Source: an uncultured Clostridium sp.
GTDB lineage: Bacteria > Bacillota > Clostridia > Lachnospirales > Lachnospiraceae
Assembly: GCA_900540335.1 (NCBI GenBank)
Contig: UQFC01000001.1
Span: forward strand, 14,178-78,177
Length of the DNA: 64,000 nt
Reading direction: 5' to 3'
Shown here piece by piece: positions 30,062 through 39,720 of this stretch. The position numbers and the translations under genes are program-made. Every line of letters starts with the position of its first letter. Within the stretch, counting starts at the first letter, position 1. A model generated the notes under the pieces. It was not told where the DNA came from. It was given only the letters and a program-made list of their open reading frames with translations, and made no database searches.

Positions 30062-30868
30062 CTATTCTGCCGTTTTCTCTGCAGCTGCCTTTTCAGCGGC
30101 TGCTTTTTTTGCTGCAGCTGCCTTTTCAGCGGCTGCTTTCTTTGCTGCCAGAGCCTCTTCTTCTTTCTTTCTGCGAATTTCTTCCAGAGCCTCATGGTTT
30201 GCCTGACATGCAGAGCCGCTGCAGGTTAAGCAGTTGCCGCCGCAGGCCAGCTTGGAAGGAGCCACAGAGCCGTTGGTAGCAGAGGGAGCCTTAAATTTGT
30301 TCTGAAGGGCAGTCAGGCCAGCCAGTACAAAGAATGCTCCGGGTGCCAGACCGAAAATAGCAATGCGGTAATTTTCCGGGATCAGCTCAATACCGAAGAT
30401 AGAACCGGAACCAAGGATCTCACGGAAAATAGCAATACAGGTCAGACCTACGGTAAATCCAAGGCCCATACCGATACCATCGAAAGCAGATTCCAGAGGA
30501 CCGTTCTTTGCTGCATATGCCTCGGCACGGCCAAGGATAATACAGTTTACTACGATCAGCGGAATGAAAATACCCAGTGACTCATACAGGCTGGGAATAA
30601 ATGCCTGCAGAAGCAGCTGTACGATAGTAACCAGAGAAGCAACAATTACAATATATGCCGGAATACGTACCCGATCCGGAATAATCTTCCGCAGTGCGGA
30701 AATAAACAGGTTAGAGAAAACCAGAACTGCCGTCGTGGACAGTCCCATGCCGACGCCGTTGATAGCAGTTGTGGTAACTGCCAGAGTCGGACACATACCA
30801 AGCATCAGGACGAAGGTCGGGTTTTCTTTAATAATACCGTTATATAAACGTTCTACACATTTATTCAT
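30062..30868 (-). CDS. rnfE: Rnf complex subunit E with an unusual C-terminal Cys-containing, Ala/Lys-rich tail
   Basis: The RnfE/NqrD core covers roughly 1-200. It is followed by GSVAPSKLACGGNCLTCSGSACQANH and then (AAKKAAAEK)n. The tail is encoded by a roughly 36-bp DNA tandem repeat at 30062-30180. Confidence 0.85.
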   Translation of the reverse strand: MNKCVERLYNGIIKENPTFVLMLGMCPTLAVTTTAINGVGMGLSTTAVLVFSNLFISALRKIIPDRVRIPAYIVIVASLVTIVQLLLQAFIPSLYESLGIFIPLIVVNCIILGRAEAYAAKNGPLESAFDGIGMGLGFTVGLTCIAIFREILGSGSIFGIELIPENYRIAIFGLAPGAFFVLAGLTALQNKFKAPSATNGSVAPSKLACGGNCLTCSGSACQANHEALEEIRRKKEEEALAAKKAAAEKAAAAKKAAAEKAAAEKTAE

Positions 30869-30881
30869 GACTTCCTACCTC

Positions 30882-31493
30882 CTACTGTGCCAGGCAGTTC
30901 TTTACATAGTAAACTGCCCCGTTTACTGCACCGGTTACTGCATTTGAAGTAATGGTCGCACCGCTGATTGCGTTAATCTCGTTATCTGCGGAAGCGCCGT
31001 TTTTGGTGACAGTAAATAAATCTACATTTTTGCCTGCATACTGGCCTTTCCATTCCGGCTTGTCTGCATTCATACCAAGACCTGCTGTCTCAGCCAGAGT
31101 CAGAAATTCAATACCGGAAACAGTACCGTCTGCTTCAACGCCCACGGAAACGGTAATTGCACCGCCGTAGCCATCCTTGGAAGTAGAGGTAACAACATAT
31201 CCTACCTCTGCACCGGAAGCGTCCTTGCCGCTTACTGCCTCGTCCACAGTTACATTGCCGTAGCCCAGACCTGCAATCTCTGTATTTGCTGCTGCCAGAG
31301 CATCTGAAGAACCGGCCTCCTCGAAGGTTTCTGCTGCCGGAAGAACTGTCTTATATGCCTCTGCCTTGGCAGCCATCTCAGCCGCAGCGATGGGGGCTTT
31401 TGTAACCTCATAAACACCGCCCAGACATGCACCGGACACCAGTGTGATGGCAAACAGGATCATGGCATCTTTCATAAATCCGCCCTTACTCAT
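30882..31493 (-). CDS. rnfG: Rnf complex subunit G (FMN-binding)
   Basis: The 203-aa ORF has an N-terminal transmembrane segment and an FMN_bind domain with the GxSGATITS motif (ISGATITSNAVTGAVN). Confidence 0.88.
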   Translation of the reverse strand: MSKGGFMKDAMILFAITLVSGACLGGVYEVTKAPIAAAEMAAKAEAYKTVLPAAETFEEAGSSDALAAANTEIAGLGYGNVTVDEAVSGKDASGAEVGYVVTSTSKDGYGGAITVSVGVEADGTVSGIEFLTLAETAGLGMNADKPEWKGQYAGKNVDLFTVTKNGASADNEINAISGATITSNAVTGAVNGAVYYVKNCLAQ

Positions 31494-32416
31494 GATTTTT
31501 TGCCCTCCTTTCCAAATGGTGTCGGAAGAGTGAAGCGCTCAATCAGCGGAACCAGCAGGTTGCTGATGATAATTGCGTAGGAAACACCCTCCGCAGAACC
31601 GCCGAAAATACGGAACAGTCCTGTCAGAATACCTAAAAGAATACCGAACACAATCTGGCCCTTTGGTGTGATGGGGCTGGTCACATAGTCTGTTGCCATA
31701 AAGAAGGCACCGAAAATCAGACCGCCGCCGCAGATGTGAGCCAGTACATAATTCAGATCCTGCTGTCCGAAAATAAATACGAAAACAGCGGTGGTCAGAA
31801 TATAAGTAAGCGGAATTCTCAGAGTAATTACTTTTTTCACAACCAGGTAAGCTGCACCGATTAACAGGGCAATAACAGAAACCTCACCGATGGTTCCCGG
31901 AATCTTACCGATAAACATAGCTGCTACATCTACACTCTCGCCTGCCTTTAATACTGCCAGCGGAGTTGCACCGGTCCAGCCGTCCAGGGTAAATGCGGAC
32001 ATCTGACCGGTAAAGGAAATCAGCAGGAAGCATCTTGCTGCCAGTGCCGGGTTCATGAAGTTCTGTCCCAGACCGCCGTAAAGCTGCTTTACAATGATAA
32101 TCGCAAATACACCGCCCAGAGCCGGGATCCACAGGGCAATTTCCGGCGGCATATTCAGCGCCAGAATCATACCGGTAACAACAGCACTGAAATCGCTGAT
32201 GGTGCAGGGTCTTTTTGTAATCTTTTCAAATACATACTCACTCAGCACGCAGGCCGCAATGGTTACAATCAGAACCAGCAGCGCGTGAAGCCCAAACTGA
32301 AATACACCAAAGGCAGTAGCCGGAAGCATGGCGATTGCCACATCCATCATAATGCTCTGGGTTGTCTCATTGCTCCGAACGTGCGGGGATGAGGATACGT
32401 TTAATAATTTGCTCAT
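31490..32416 (-). CDS. rnfD: Rnf complex subunit D
   Basis: The 308-aa ORF is a polytopic membrane protein of the RnfD/NqrB family. It overlaps rnfG by 4 nt. Confidence 0.9.
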   Translation of the reverse strand: MSKLLNVSSSPHVRSNETTQSIMMDVAIAMLPATAFGVFQFGLHALLVLIVTIAACVLSEYVFEKITKRPCTISDFSAVVTGMILALNMPPEIALWIPALGGVFAIIIVKQLYGGLGQNFMNPALAARCFLLISFTGQMSAFTLDGWTGATPLAVLKAGESVDVAAMFIGKIPGTIGEVSVIALLIGAAYLVVKKVITLRIPLTYILTTAVFVFIFGQQDLNYVLAHICGGGLIFGAFFMATDYVTSPITPKGQIVFGILLGILTGLFRIFGGSAEGVSYAIIISNLLVPLIERFTLPTPFGKEGKKS

Positions 32417-32432
32417 GTCTTATCTTCCCCTC

Positions 32433-33758
32433 CTACGCTTTCTTTCTGCGGTTTGCTGCAACCGTTTTTCTCATTTCCTTGAATGCCTGGGTCAGAGGAC
32501 GCTTAGCCGGACAGATAAAGGTACAGCTTCCGCACTCCATACATTCCATACCGCCAACCTTTTCAAAGGCCTCACAGTCGCCCTTTAAGGCAGCCTTCAT
32601 CATTTTCACAGGCACAATATGGCTGGGACATACGCTTACGCACTTTCCGCAGCGGATACAGGGAGTTTCTGCATTGGCAGCAACCTCATCCTTGCTCATG
32701 CACAGCAGGGCGGAGTTTGTCTTTGTAATCGGAATATCCGTTCCAAACAGCGCCATACCCATCATGGGGCCGCCTGCAATCAGCTTCTCCGGCTCTGTTT
32801 TAAAGCCGCCTGCCGCCTCAATCAGCTCCTGCATATTGGTACCGATCTTCACCTGGAAGTTCTGGGGATTTGTAATTGCATCACCTGTTACAGTAACCAC
32901 GCGGCGCATCAGCGGAGTTGTCTTGCATACAGCATTGTATACGGAAATAACCGTATCAACGTTATCTACAATACAGCCTGCATCTGCAGGAAGCATGGAG
33001 GAATTTACCTTTCTTCCGGTTACTGCATAAATCAGAGAACGCTCACCGCCCTGAGGATACTTGGTCTGCAGAGGACATACTTCAATCCGTGCCTCGTCCT
33101 TTACCAGCTCCTGAAGCTTTTTAATTGCCTCCGGCTTGTTATTCTCAATACCGATTACGCCCTTGGCATTATCAAACAGCTGAAGAATCACCTTTAAGCC
33201 GCCTACCAGCTTCTCCGGCTCTTCCATCATCAGCCGGTAGTCAGATGTCAGATAGGGCTCACACTCTGCACCGTTCACCAGGATGTACTCAATTTTGCTT
33301 TCATCCTTCGGCGCCAGCTTTACATGAGTGGGGAATCCGGCTCCGCCCAGTCCCACAATTCCGGCCTCTTTTACAATGTCGCGGATCTCCTGCTTTGACA
33401 GCTTTGCCGGATCGCGGTCTGCGCCCAGCCCCTCTACAGCGGTGTACTCTCCATCATTTTCCACCACAATGGAGTTTACCATTGCGCCGTTTGCAACACG
33501 CCTCGGCTCAACTGCCTTGACCGTTCCGGAAACAGAACAGATAACATTTGCAGAAATGAAGCCGCTGGCTTCGCCGATTTTCTGGCCTGCCAGAACCTTG
33601 TCACCCTTTTTCACCAGCGGAATCGCCGGAGCGCCGATGTGCTGGGACATTGGATAAACCAGATCTCCCTTCGGCATCAGGATCTGTACCGGCTTGTTCT
33701 CGGACAATTCTTTTCCTTCATAAGGATGAACGCCGCCTTTAAATGTAGCCAATCCCAT
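32433..33758 (-). CDS. rnfC: Rnf complex subunit C (NADH-binding, 2x[4Fe-4S])
   Basis: The 441-aa ORF has a RnfC N-terminal barrel, an NADH-binding GAGGAGFP motif, and two CxxCxxCxxxCP clusters. Confidence 0.9.
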   Translation of the reverse strand: MGLATFKGGVHPYEGKELSENKPVQILMPKGDLVYPMSQHIGAPAIPLVKKGDKVLAGQKIGEASGFISANVICSVSGTVKAVEPRRVANGAMVNSIVVENDGEYTAVEGLGADRDPAKLSKQEIRDIVKEAGIVGLGGAGFPTHVKLAPKDESKIEYILVNGAECEPYLTSDYRLMMEEPEKLVGGLKVILQLFDNAKGVIGIENNKPEAIKKLQELVKDEARIEVCPLQTKYPQGGERSLIYAVTGRKVNSSMLPADAGCIVDNVDTVISVYNAVCKTTPLMRRVVTVTGDAITNPQNFQVKIGTNMQELIEAAGGFKTEPEKLIAGGPMMGMALFGTDIPITKTNSALLCMSKDEVAANAETPCIRCGKCVSVCPSHIVPVKMMKAALKGDCEAFEKVGGMECMECGSCTFICPAKRPLTQAFKEMRKTVAANRRKKA

Positions 33759-33942
33759 GAATCCTTACCCTCTTTCTCTTCTTTTTTCTTACATTTTATT
33801 GACAAAATCTCTCACTTTGTCATCCATAACAGTATAACATAATTAAACATGCCGTTCAATTCCATTTTTATCCTTGTATACTGTGTATAGAATACATTTT
33901 CCTGCCATTTTGTCTCATTTCTAAGAAATTTTTGGCCATTTT

Positions 33943-33960
33943 TTGTTAATAAAAAAACAA
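33943..33960. promoter_or_regulatory. Candidate Rex-type operator (TTGTTAA-TAAA-AAAACAA) upstream of rnfC
   Basis: The site matches the clostridial Rex box TTGTTAANNNNTTAACAA at 16 of 18 positions. It lies roughly 185 bp upstream of rnfC in a 740-bp AT-rich leader. Confidence 0.3.
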
Positions 33961-34501
33961 GTTTTTTAGTTTTTCGATTTATTATGTTTTTCTAAAAAAA
34001 CAATTTATTTTTTATGAATTCCAATGAATCGAAAAAAAGACCAAAATGAGGAAAAAAGCCGGCGAAGCCCCTGTTTCCCTGGCTCTGTCGGATTGTGAAA
34101 TTTTTGTTCATTTTTTCGCGTTTCTCAAAAAAATTGTAGATTTATTGTTTTTTCTTATATATTTATATAAGCACAGCTAATGTCATTCTATTTGAAAACT
34201 TTTTTTGATTTTTTGCAATAAAACCTTCTTCCAGTGCATTAACTAATTGAACGGATGAAAAGAGGAACGTTCTGAAACAGAAGAGGCGGCAAAAAACTAT
34301 CAAGAATATTTCACGAAATTCCTTGATGCATTACACTCTATCACACATCGCCGCAGCTCCTGCACAGGGGCGGACCCATTTTCAAAAAACCTTAAAAATT
34401 AGGGTTGCAACCAAAAGAAGCGGGTATTTCCCACAGCTCCAAAGACTGTGAGAAATCCCGCTTCTTTTTATACTCTCCTCAAAACAACCGCACAGACAGC
34501 C

Positions 34502-35722
34502 TTATGCCTTCTGCATATCTGCAGCCATTTTCCTTGCCAGAAATACCAGACCAATAGCCGCTGCCGCCAGAATCGCTGATCCAATATAACCGGCCACATA
34601 AGATTCGGTGGCATCATAAAAGCTGGCGCTGATCTTTGGTCCTACAAAGGCGCCGATTCCATATCCAATGAAAATCAGTCCATAGTTACGGTTATAAAAC
34701 CGGGACCCGAAAATAATTTTTACCATCGGTGCAAATACAACAAGAAGTCCTCCAAAGGAAAAACCTACCAGACAGATGCAAAGGATAAAATATCCCAGTG
34801 AGTGAGCTGCTGTCAGCATACACATGGAAATTCCATTAATAACAAGCACCAGCAGGAGAGAATTCCAGCCCTTTAACTTATCATAGATAAATCCAAAGCC
34901 GATTCTTCCGCACATATTTGCCAGAGTCATGATGCTGACACACATAGCTGCCATCATGGCAGACTGACCAATCTGATTCTGCGCAATCGGTGATGTGGCG
35001 CTGACCATCATGGTTCCTGCTGCATTGGCAAAAATAAACATCACTACCATTACCCAGAATACAGGAGTTTTTACCATTTCTGGAATATTATAATTATGTC
35101 CGTTCAGCTCTCTTGACTGGGCTGCGCTGGGTGTCCATCCCTCCGGAAGCCATCCTTCAGGACAGGGAACAATCATCCACGCCACAGCACCGACACCTAT
35201 AAGGAAAATTACTGCAAGAATTTTACATGCAGACTGGGCACCATAGGTATCAATCAGCCACTGTGCAATGGGAGACATCAGAAATGGTCCGCAGGACGCA
35301 CCTGCCTGAACCAGTCCGGAAATGGATCCGCTCTTATCCGGGAACCATTTCAAAGCAGTGGGAAGGCAGGCCGGATAAATAGTTCCTGCCCCTGCTCCTG
35401 CAAAAATTCCGTAAAACAGATACAGCTGGGGGATCGAGGATGCAAATCCGGTTAAAAACCATCCTGCTGCAAAAAATACCAGTCCAAGATAAATGGCAAC
35501 CCGCGGCTGCAGCTTTTCTGCCAGAAGCCCTCCCACAAATCCTACTGCACAGTATACAAACATATAAATTGTATAAGCCATACTGAATTCTGAACTGCTC
35601 CAGCCAAACTGTGTTGTCAGAGGCAGTGCAAAAAGGCTGAAAAAAGCTGTGGCAGACGTAAAGAGACTCTGGATCCAGACGCCGGCAAATACCTTCCATC
35701 TTGTAGCTTTCGTAATCTTCAT
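34502..35722 (-). CDS. MFS transporter, oxalate/formate antiporter (OFA)-like family
   Basis: The 406-aa ORF has 12 transmembrane segments and an MFS fold with OFA-family features. Confidence 0.75.
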   Translation of the reverse strand: MKITKATRWKVFAGVWIQSLFTSATAFFSLFALPLTTQFGWSSSEFSMAYTIYMFVYCAVGFVGGLLAEKLQPRVAIYLGLVFFAAGWFLTGFASSIPQLYLFYGIFAGAGAGTIYPACLPTALKWFPDKSGSISGLVQAGASCGPFLMSPIAQWLIDTYGAQSACKILAVIFLIGVGAVAWMIVPCPEGWLPEGWTPSAAQSRELNGHNYNIPEMVKTPVFWVMVVMFIFANAAGTMMVSATSPIAQNQIGQSAMMAAMCVSIMTLANMCGRIGFGFIYDKLKGWNSLLLVLVINGISMCMLTAAHSLGYFILCICLVGFSFGGLLVVFAPMVKIIFGSRFYNRNYGLIFIGYGIGAFVGPKISASFYDATESYVAGYIGSAILAAAAIGLVFLARKMAADMQKA

Positions 35723-35734
35723 AATGCCCTCCTT

Positions 35735-36514
35735 CTACTGCTGCAGAGTTCCCAGGTCAAGTCCCAGATCCCGTCCGGAAAACTTTCCTGCTGCCCGGCT
35801 GGTTCCAAGCCAGTAAACCATATCTGAAATATCCTCTGCCTCAAGGAACGGAACACTGTCATACATCTCCTGCCAGCTCTGGAAGTTCTTTCCTGTCAAA
35901 TCATTGATAAATTTCACATAGCTTTCTGTCTCGCACATCGGAGTTTTTACCTTTGTAGGACAGATGGTATTTACTACAATTCCTGTCCCCTTCAGCTCCT
36001 GGGCAAGCGTCTTTGTCAGACCACGGACGCCCCATTTTGCCATACAATAGGTAGCCAGCTGCGGTGTACCATACATTCCCGAGGTGGAGGAAATATTGAT
36101 AATACGTCCAAAGCCCTGTTTTTTCATATATAAGGCTGCATATTTGTCTGTGCGCCAGGTACCAATCAAATCAATATCAATCACCTTCTGTACCTGTTCG
36201 TCCGTCAGTTCCCAGGTATAACCAAAATTAATGACTCCTGCATTTGCAACAACAACATCAAGCCGTCCAAAGGTTTCCCATGTCTTCTCAAACAGATTTT
36301 TCATATCGCTGTCATTGGTAATATTGCAGCGGACAGCCAGGGTTCTTACTCCCAAAGCCTCAATTTCCTTCACTGTTTCTGAAAACACCTGACTTTCCGG
36401 CTCCTGCATATCCGCCAGAACGACATCAAAGCCATTTTCTGCAAATTTCAGTGCATGAGAGCGACCCTGTCCCATTGCGCCCCCGGTGATCAAAACCACT
36501 TTTCTTTCCATCAT
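35735..36514 (-). CDS. SDR-family NAD(P)-dependent oxidoreductase
   Basis: The 259-aa ORF has a Rossmann motif (TGGAMGQGRSH), NAG, and a YxxxK catalytic motif (YCMAKWG). Confidence 0.85.
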   Translation of the reverse strand: MMERKVVLITGGAMGQGRSHALKFAENGFDVVLADMQEPESQVFSETVKEIEALGVRTLAVRCNITNDSDMKNLFEKTWETFGRLDVVVANAGVINFGYTWELTDEQVQKVIDIDLIGTWRTDKYAALYMKKQGFGRIINISSTSGMYGTPQLATYCMAKWGVRGLTKTLAQELKGTGIVVNTICPTKVKTPMCETESYVKFINDLTGKNFQSWQEMYDSVPFLEAEDISDMVYWLGTSRAAGKFSGRDLGLDLGTLQQ

Positions 36515-36550
36515 TCAGCATCCTTTCCTTTTCTTCTTCCGAAGAAGTTT

Positions 36551-36568
36551 TTGTTACTTTTGTAACAA
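36551..36568. promoter_or_regulatory. Perfect palindrome TTGTTAC-TTTT-GTAACAA in the divergent SDR/lysR promoter region
   Basis: The 7-4-7 inverted repeat lies roughly 40 bp upstream of the SDR start and overlaps the -35 of the lysR promoter (TATAAT at about 36585). It could be a LysR autoregulatory box or a Rex-like site. Confidence 0.4.
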
Positions 36569-36705
36569 TCTCGATACCTGTATTATAATGGAATTTATTC
36601 ATAAATACTATTGCATTATTTTCATTAAATTAATAAATATTTTTTATGTATTTTCTGTCAGATATGATATACTTTTCTTAAATCAAAAGAAAGAGAGACC
36701 GACCT

Positions 36706-37632
36706 ATGAATCTGGATCATCTTAGATACTTTGAAACGATTGCCCGGCTGGAGCATTATGGAAAGGCTGCCCGGCTTCTGCACATTACCCAGCCCAATTT
36801 AAGTCATGCCATTTCCCAGCTGGAAACAGAGCTTGGAGTACCTCTGTTTGAAAAAACAGGAAGAAATGTCCGCCTGACACGCTATGGAAAGCTGTTTCTG
36901 GAATCTGTTTCTCATTCTCTGGGTCACCTGGATTCTGCCGTACATTCCCTTCAGGAAATCCAAAATGGCGGAGGCATGATCATTCTGGGCTGTATCAGGA
37001 ATCTGGGAGCAGGCCTGATTCCGCAGCTGATGCATGATTTCCAGCAGACTCCCCAGGGACAGCATGTAACCTTTCAGCTTCATACGGGAAGCAGCTTCAG
37101 CAGCGTTCTCCTGGAGCATGCAGAAAAAGGCATTTATGATATGGTTTTTACCTCCCTGGCCGGTGAACGTCCGCAGATGGAATACTTTTCTTTTCCACAA
37201 TCTCCCTTTGTTGCGGCAGTTCCCCTCCACCATCCTCTTGCCCGGCTGGAGCGGGTAGATCTGCGCCAGACCCTCTGCTATCCTCACATTTTCCTGTCAA
37301 AGGAAAGCGGACTTCGTCCTGTCATAGATCGCCTCTTTTATGAGGCCGGGGCTTTCCCTGAAATCAGTTATGAAACAGAAGAAGATTTTGTTGCAGCAGG
37401 TCTTGCGGAAGCCGGCTTTGGAATTGCTGTTCTTCCGGATCATCCTCTTCTCCACACCATGAATTTAAAGCTTCTTTCACTTTCCTGGCCGGATCCCGGA
37501 CGAACTGCCTGTCTGTGCATCCCCAGAAATTTCTGGCGCTCTCAGGCCGCAAAAAATTTTTATGAATTCTGCCGTGAAAAACTGGAAAACAAAGAGAGTA
37601 AAACAGAAAAACGTGATAAAATAGAAAAATAA
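36706..37632 (+). CDS. LysR-family transcriptional regulator
   Basis: The 308-aa ORF has an N-terminal LysR HTH (HYGKAARLLHITQPNLSHAISQLE) and a substrate-binding domain. It is divergent from the SDR-MFS operon. Confidence 0.88.
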   Translation: MNLDHLRYFETIARLEHYGKAARLLHITQPNLSHAISQLETELGVPLFEKTGRNVRLTRYGKLFLESVSHSLGHLDSAVHSLQEIQNGGGMIILGCIRNLGAGLIPQLMHDFQQTPQGQHVTFQLHTGSSFSSVLLEHAEKGIYDMVFTSLAGERPQMEYFSFPQSPFVAAVPLHHPLARLERVDLRQTLCYPHIFLSKESGLRPVIDRLFYEAGAFPEISYETEEDFVAAGLAEAGFGIAVLPDHPLLHTMNLKLLSLSWPDPGRTACLCIPRNFWRSQAAKNFYEFCREKLENKESKTEKRDKIEK

Positions 37633-37663
37633 AAACAAAACCATGCAGCAGGGAGGTATTTCT

Positions 37664-38284
37664 ATGACTCAACCAGAACGCCGCGACGCATCCATGCCCT
37701 ATATCAGCGATGACGCTGTCATGGAAGAGCAGCGCCGGTGCCGCAGGATCCTTCAGCGGTTTAATTTTGCCGATCGCTCTGACTTTGAAGGCCTGGCCGC
37801 CATCGTAAAAGAACTTCTCGGAAAATCCGATCACGCCTTTATCAACCCGCCCTTTTTCTGTGACTACGGAACCCATATTGAAGCGGGGAAAAATTTCTTT
37901 GCCAATTACAACTGCACCATTCTCGATGTGGCAAAGGTAACCTTTGGAGACAACTGCATGCTGGCGCCGAATGTAGCCATCTATACAGCCGGTCATCCCC
38001 TTCATCCGGTTTCCCGAAACCCCCTGTATGAGTACGGGATCCCTGTTACCATCGGGGACAATGTCTGGATTGGAGGCAATACCGTGATTCTTCCCGGCGT
38101 CACCATTGGCAGCAATGTGGTCATCGGCGCAGGAAGCGTCGTGACAAAAGATATTCCCGACTGGTCCCTGGCAGCAGGAAATCCCTGCCGGGTTCTGAGA
38201 AAAATAACAGAAGAGGATAAGCGGTACTATTTCCGGGATCGGGAATTTGATGAGGAGGCCTGGGATACCATTTCCAGATTATAG
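37664..38284 (+). CDS. Maltose/galactoside O-acetyltransferase-like hexapeptide-repeat acetyltransferase
   Basis: It is a left-handed beta-helix (LbH) transferase. I placed the start at the ATG at 37664, which follows a GGGAGG RBS. Confidence 0.8.
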   Translation: MTQPERRDASMPYISDDAVMEEQRRCRRILQRFNFADRSDFEGLAAIVKELLGKSDHAFINPPFFCDYGTHIEAGKNFFANYNCTILDVAKVTFGDNCMLAPNVAIYTAGHPLHPVSRNPLYEYGIPVTIGDNVWIGGNTVILPGVTIGSNVVIGAGSVVTKDIPDWSLAAGNPCRVLRKITEEDKRYYFRDREFDEEAWDTISRL

Positions 38285-38389
38285 CAAAACTGCCGCCAGC
38301 CCTGAGCGAAGCTACGCTCTGACTGACGGCAGAAATCATGTTCCAGTCTGATTTTCTGTTTGTCTGCTTTATTTGATTCCGCTTTCTGA

Positions 38390-39715
38390 TCAGCCGATTC
38401 CGCCCACTGCTGCACCGACAATCAGCACAAGAATACAGATTCCGCAGAATCCGTATTTTCCAAGGGGATAAAACCATCCGCCCAGGGGCTTTTTCCGGCC
38501 TTTATTTACTTCTTTCTCTACAAAGGCTTTCCCCAGAACCCAGAAGAACATAATTCCGGCGATTCCGGCCCCCAGAGGACAGATATAGATGGATACAATA
38601 TCCATCCAGTCTGATACAATGCCCTGAATGCAAAGTGAAACCACAGCTCCGGCCAGACCAACCGCCCCGCAGGCAGCTTTTCTGCTCATGTGGAATTTTT
38701 CCTGAACCGTGGCAATCGGCGCCTCATACAGGTTGATCAGCGATGTAATTCCGGCAAAAGCCACAGCCACGAAAAAGATAATGGCAATCATCCGGCCTCC
38801 GGCCATTCCCTTAAACAGATTCGGCAGGAAAATAAACATCAGCCCCGGGCCGCCCTGATCCAGCTGGGCCCCCACTGTAGCCATGGCGGGAATCAGAACC
38901 AGCGCTGCCAGCATGGCTGCCAGGGTATCGAAAAAAGCAACATTTCTGGCTGATGCGGGAATATCCTCCTGATCATCCAGATAGGAACCGTAAATCAGGG
39001 TTCCGTTTCCGGCTACGGACAGGGAGAAAAAGGCCTGTCCCATTGCGTAGATAATCACCTGAGGGTTTAAAAAAGCCTCCGGATCAATGCGGAAAATATA
39101 ATGGTATCCCGATACTGCTCCCGGCTGGAATGCAATGTAAACTCCCAGTCCCAGAAACAGGAAGAAAAACAGAGGCATCAGAATCTTATTGACCTTTTCA
39201 ATGCCGCCTCCGATACCAAACATCAGGATTCCTATGGCTGCCGCCAGAGCCGCCAGCTGCCAGCCATTGTTTCCAAAGGAGCTGGCCATACCGCCAAAGG
39301 CCGAGCTGAAGCCGTCAATATCTGCCGGTTCCAGAACGGAACCGGTAAATACACCTGCTGTATATTTAAAAATCCAGCCCATAACCACCGTGTAGCCAAT
39401 GGCAAGAGCCATAGAACCAAGAACAGGAATCAGACCTATCGCCTCTCCTGCTTTTCTCAGTCCTTTTTTCTCACAGGCTGTCCCGAAAGCATCCACCGGA
39501 CCGGATCTGGTTGCACGGCCGAAGCTCATCTCTCCAATCACACCGGTGGCGCCAATCAGAGCCACAAAAACAAAATACCAAATCAAGAAGGAGCCGCCGC
39601 CGTATTTGGATACGCGGGTGGGAAACATCCAGATATTTCCCATTCCCACAGCAGAACCGATGCAGGCCAGAATAAATCCCCACCGGGATGCGAATAAGTC
39701 TCTCTTCTTTTCCAT
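38390..39715 (-). CDS. Sodium-dependent transporter, neurotransmitter:sodium symporter (NSS/SNF) family
   Basis: The 441-aa ORF has the N-terminal NSS motif (GSAVGMGNIWMFP) and 11-12 transmembrane segments. Confidence 0.85.
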   Translation of the reverse strand: MEKKRDLFASRWGFILACIGSAVGMGNIWMFPTRVSKYGGGSFLIWYFVFVALIGATGVIGEMSFGRATRSGPVDAFGTACEKKGLRKAGEAIGLIPVLGSMALAIGYTVVMGWIFKYTAGVFTGSVLEPADIDGFSSAFGGMASSFGNNGWQLAALAAAIGILMFGIGGGIEKVNKILMPLFFFLFLGLGVYIAFQPGAVSGYHYIFRIDPEAFLNPQVIIYAMGQAFFSLSVAGNGTLIYGSYLDDQEDIPASARNVAFFDTLAAMLAALVLIPAMATVGAQLDQGGPGLMFIFLPNLFKGMAGGRMIAIIFFVAVAFAGITSLINLYEAPIATVQEKFHMSRKAACGAVGLAGAVVSLCIQGIVSDWMDIVSIYICPLGAGIAGIMFFWVLGKAFVEKEVNKGRKKPLGGWFYPLGKYGFCGICILVLIVGAAVGGIG

Positions 39716-39720
39716 TTTAT

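Noticed and set aside
33850-34110. Small ORF (about 40 aa, MRKKAGEAPVSLALSDCEIFVHFFAFLKKIVDLLFFLIYLYKHS) in the rnf upstream region
   Set aside because: It has no RBS, lies in an AT-rich region with non-coding-like composition, and has no homology cue.
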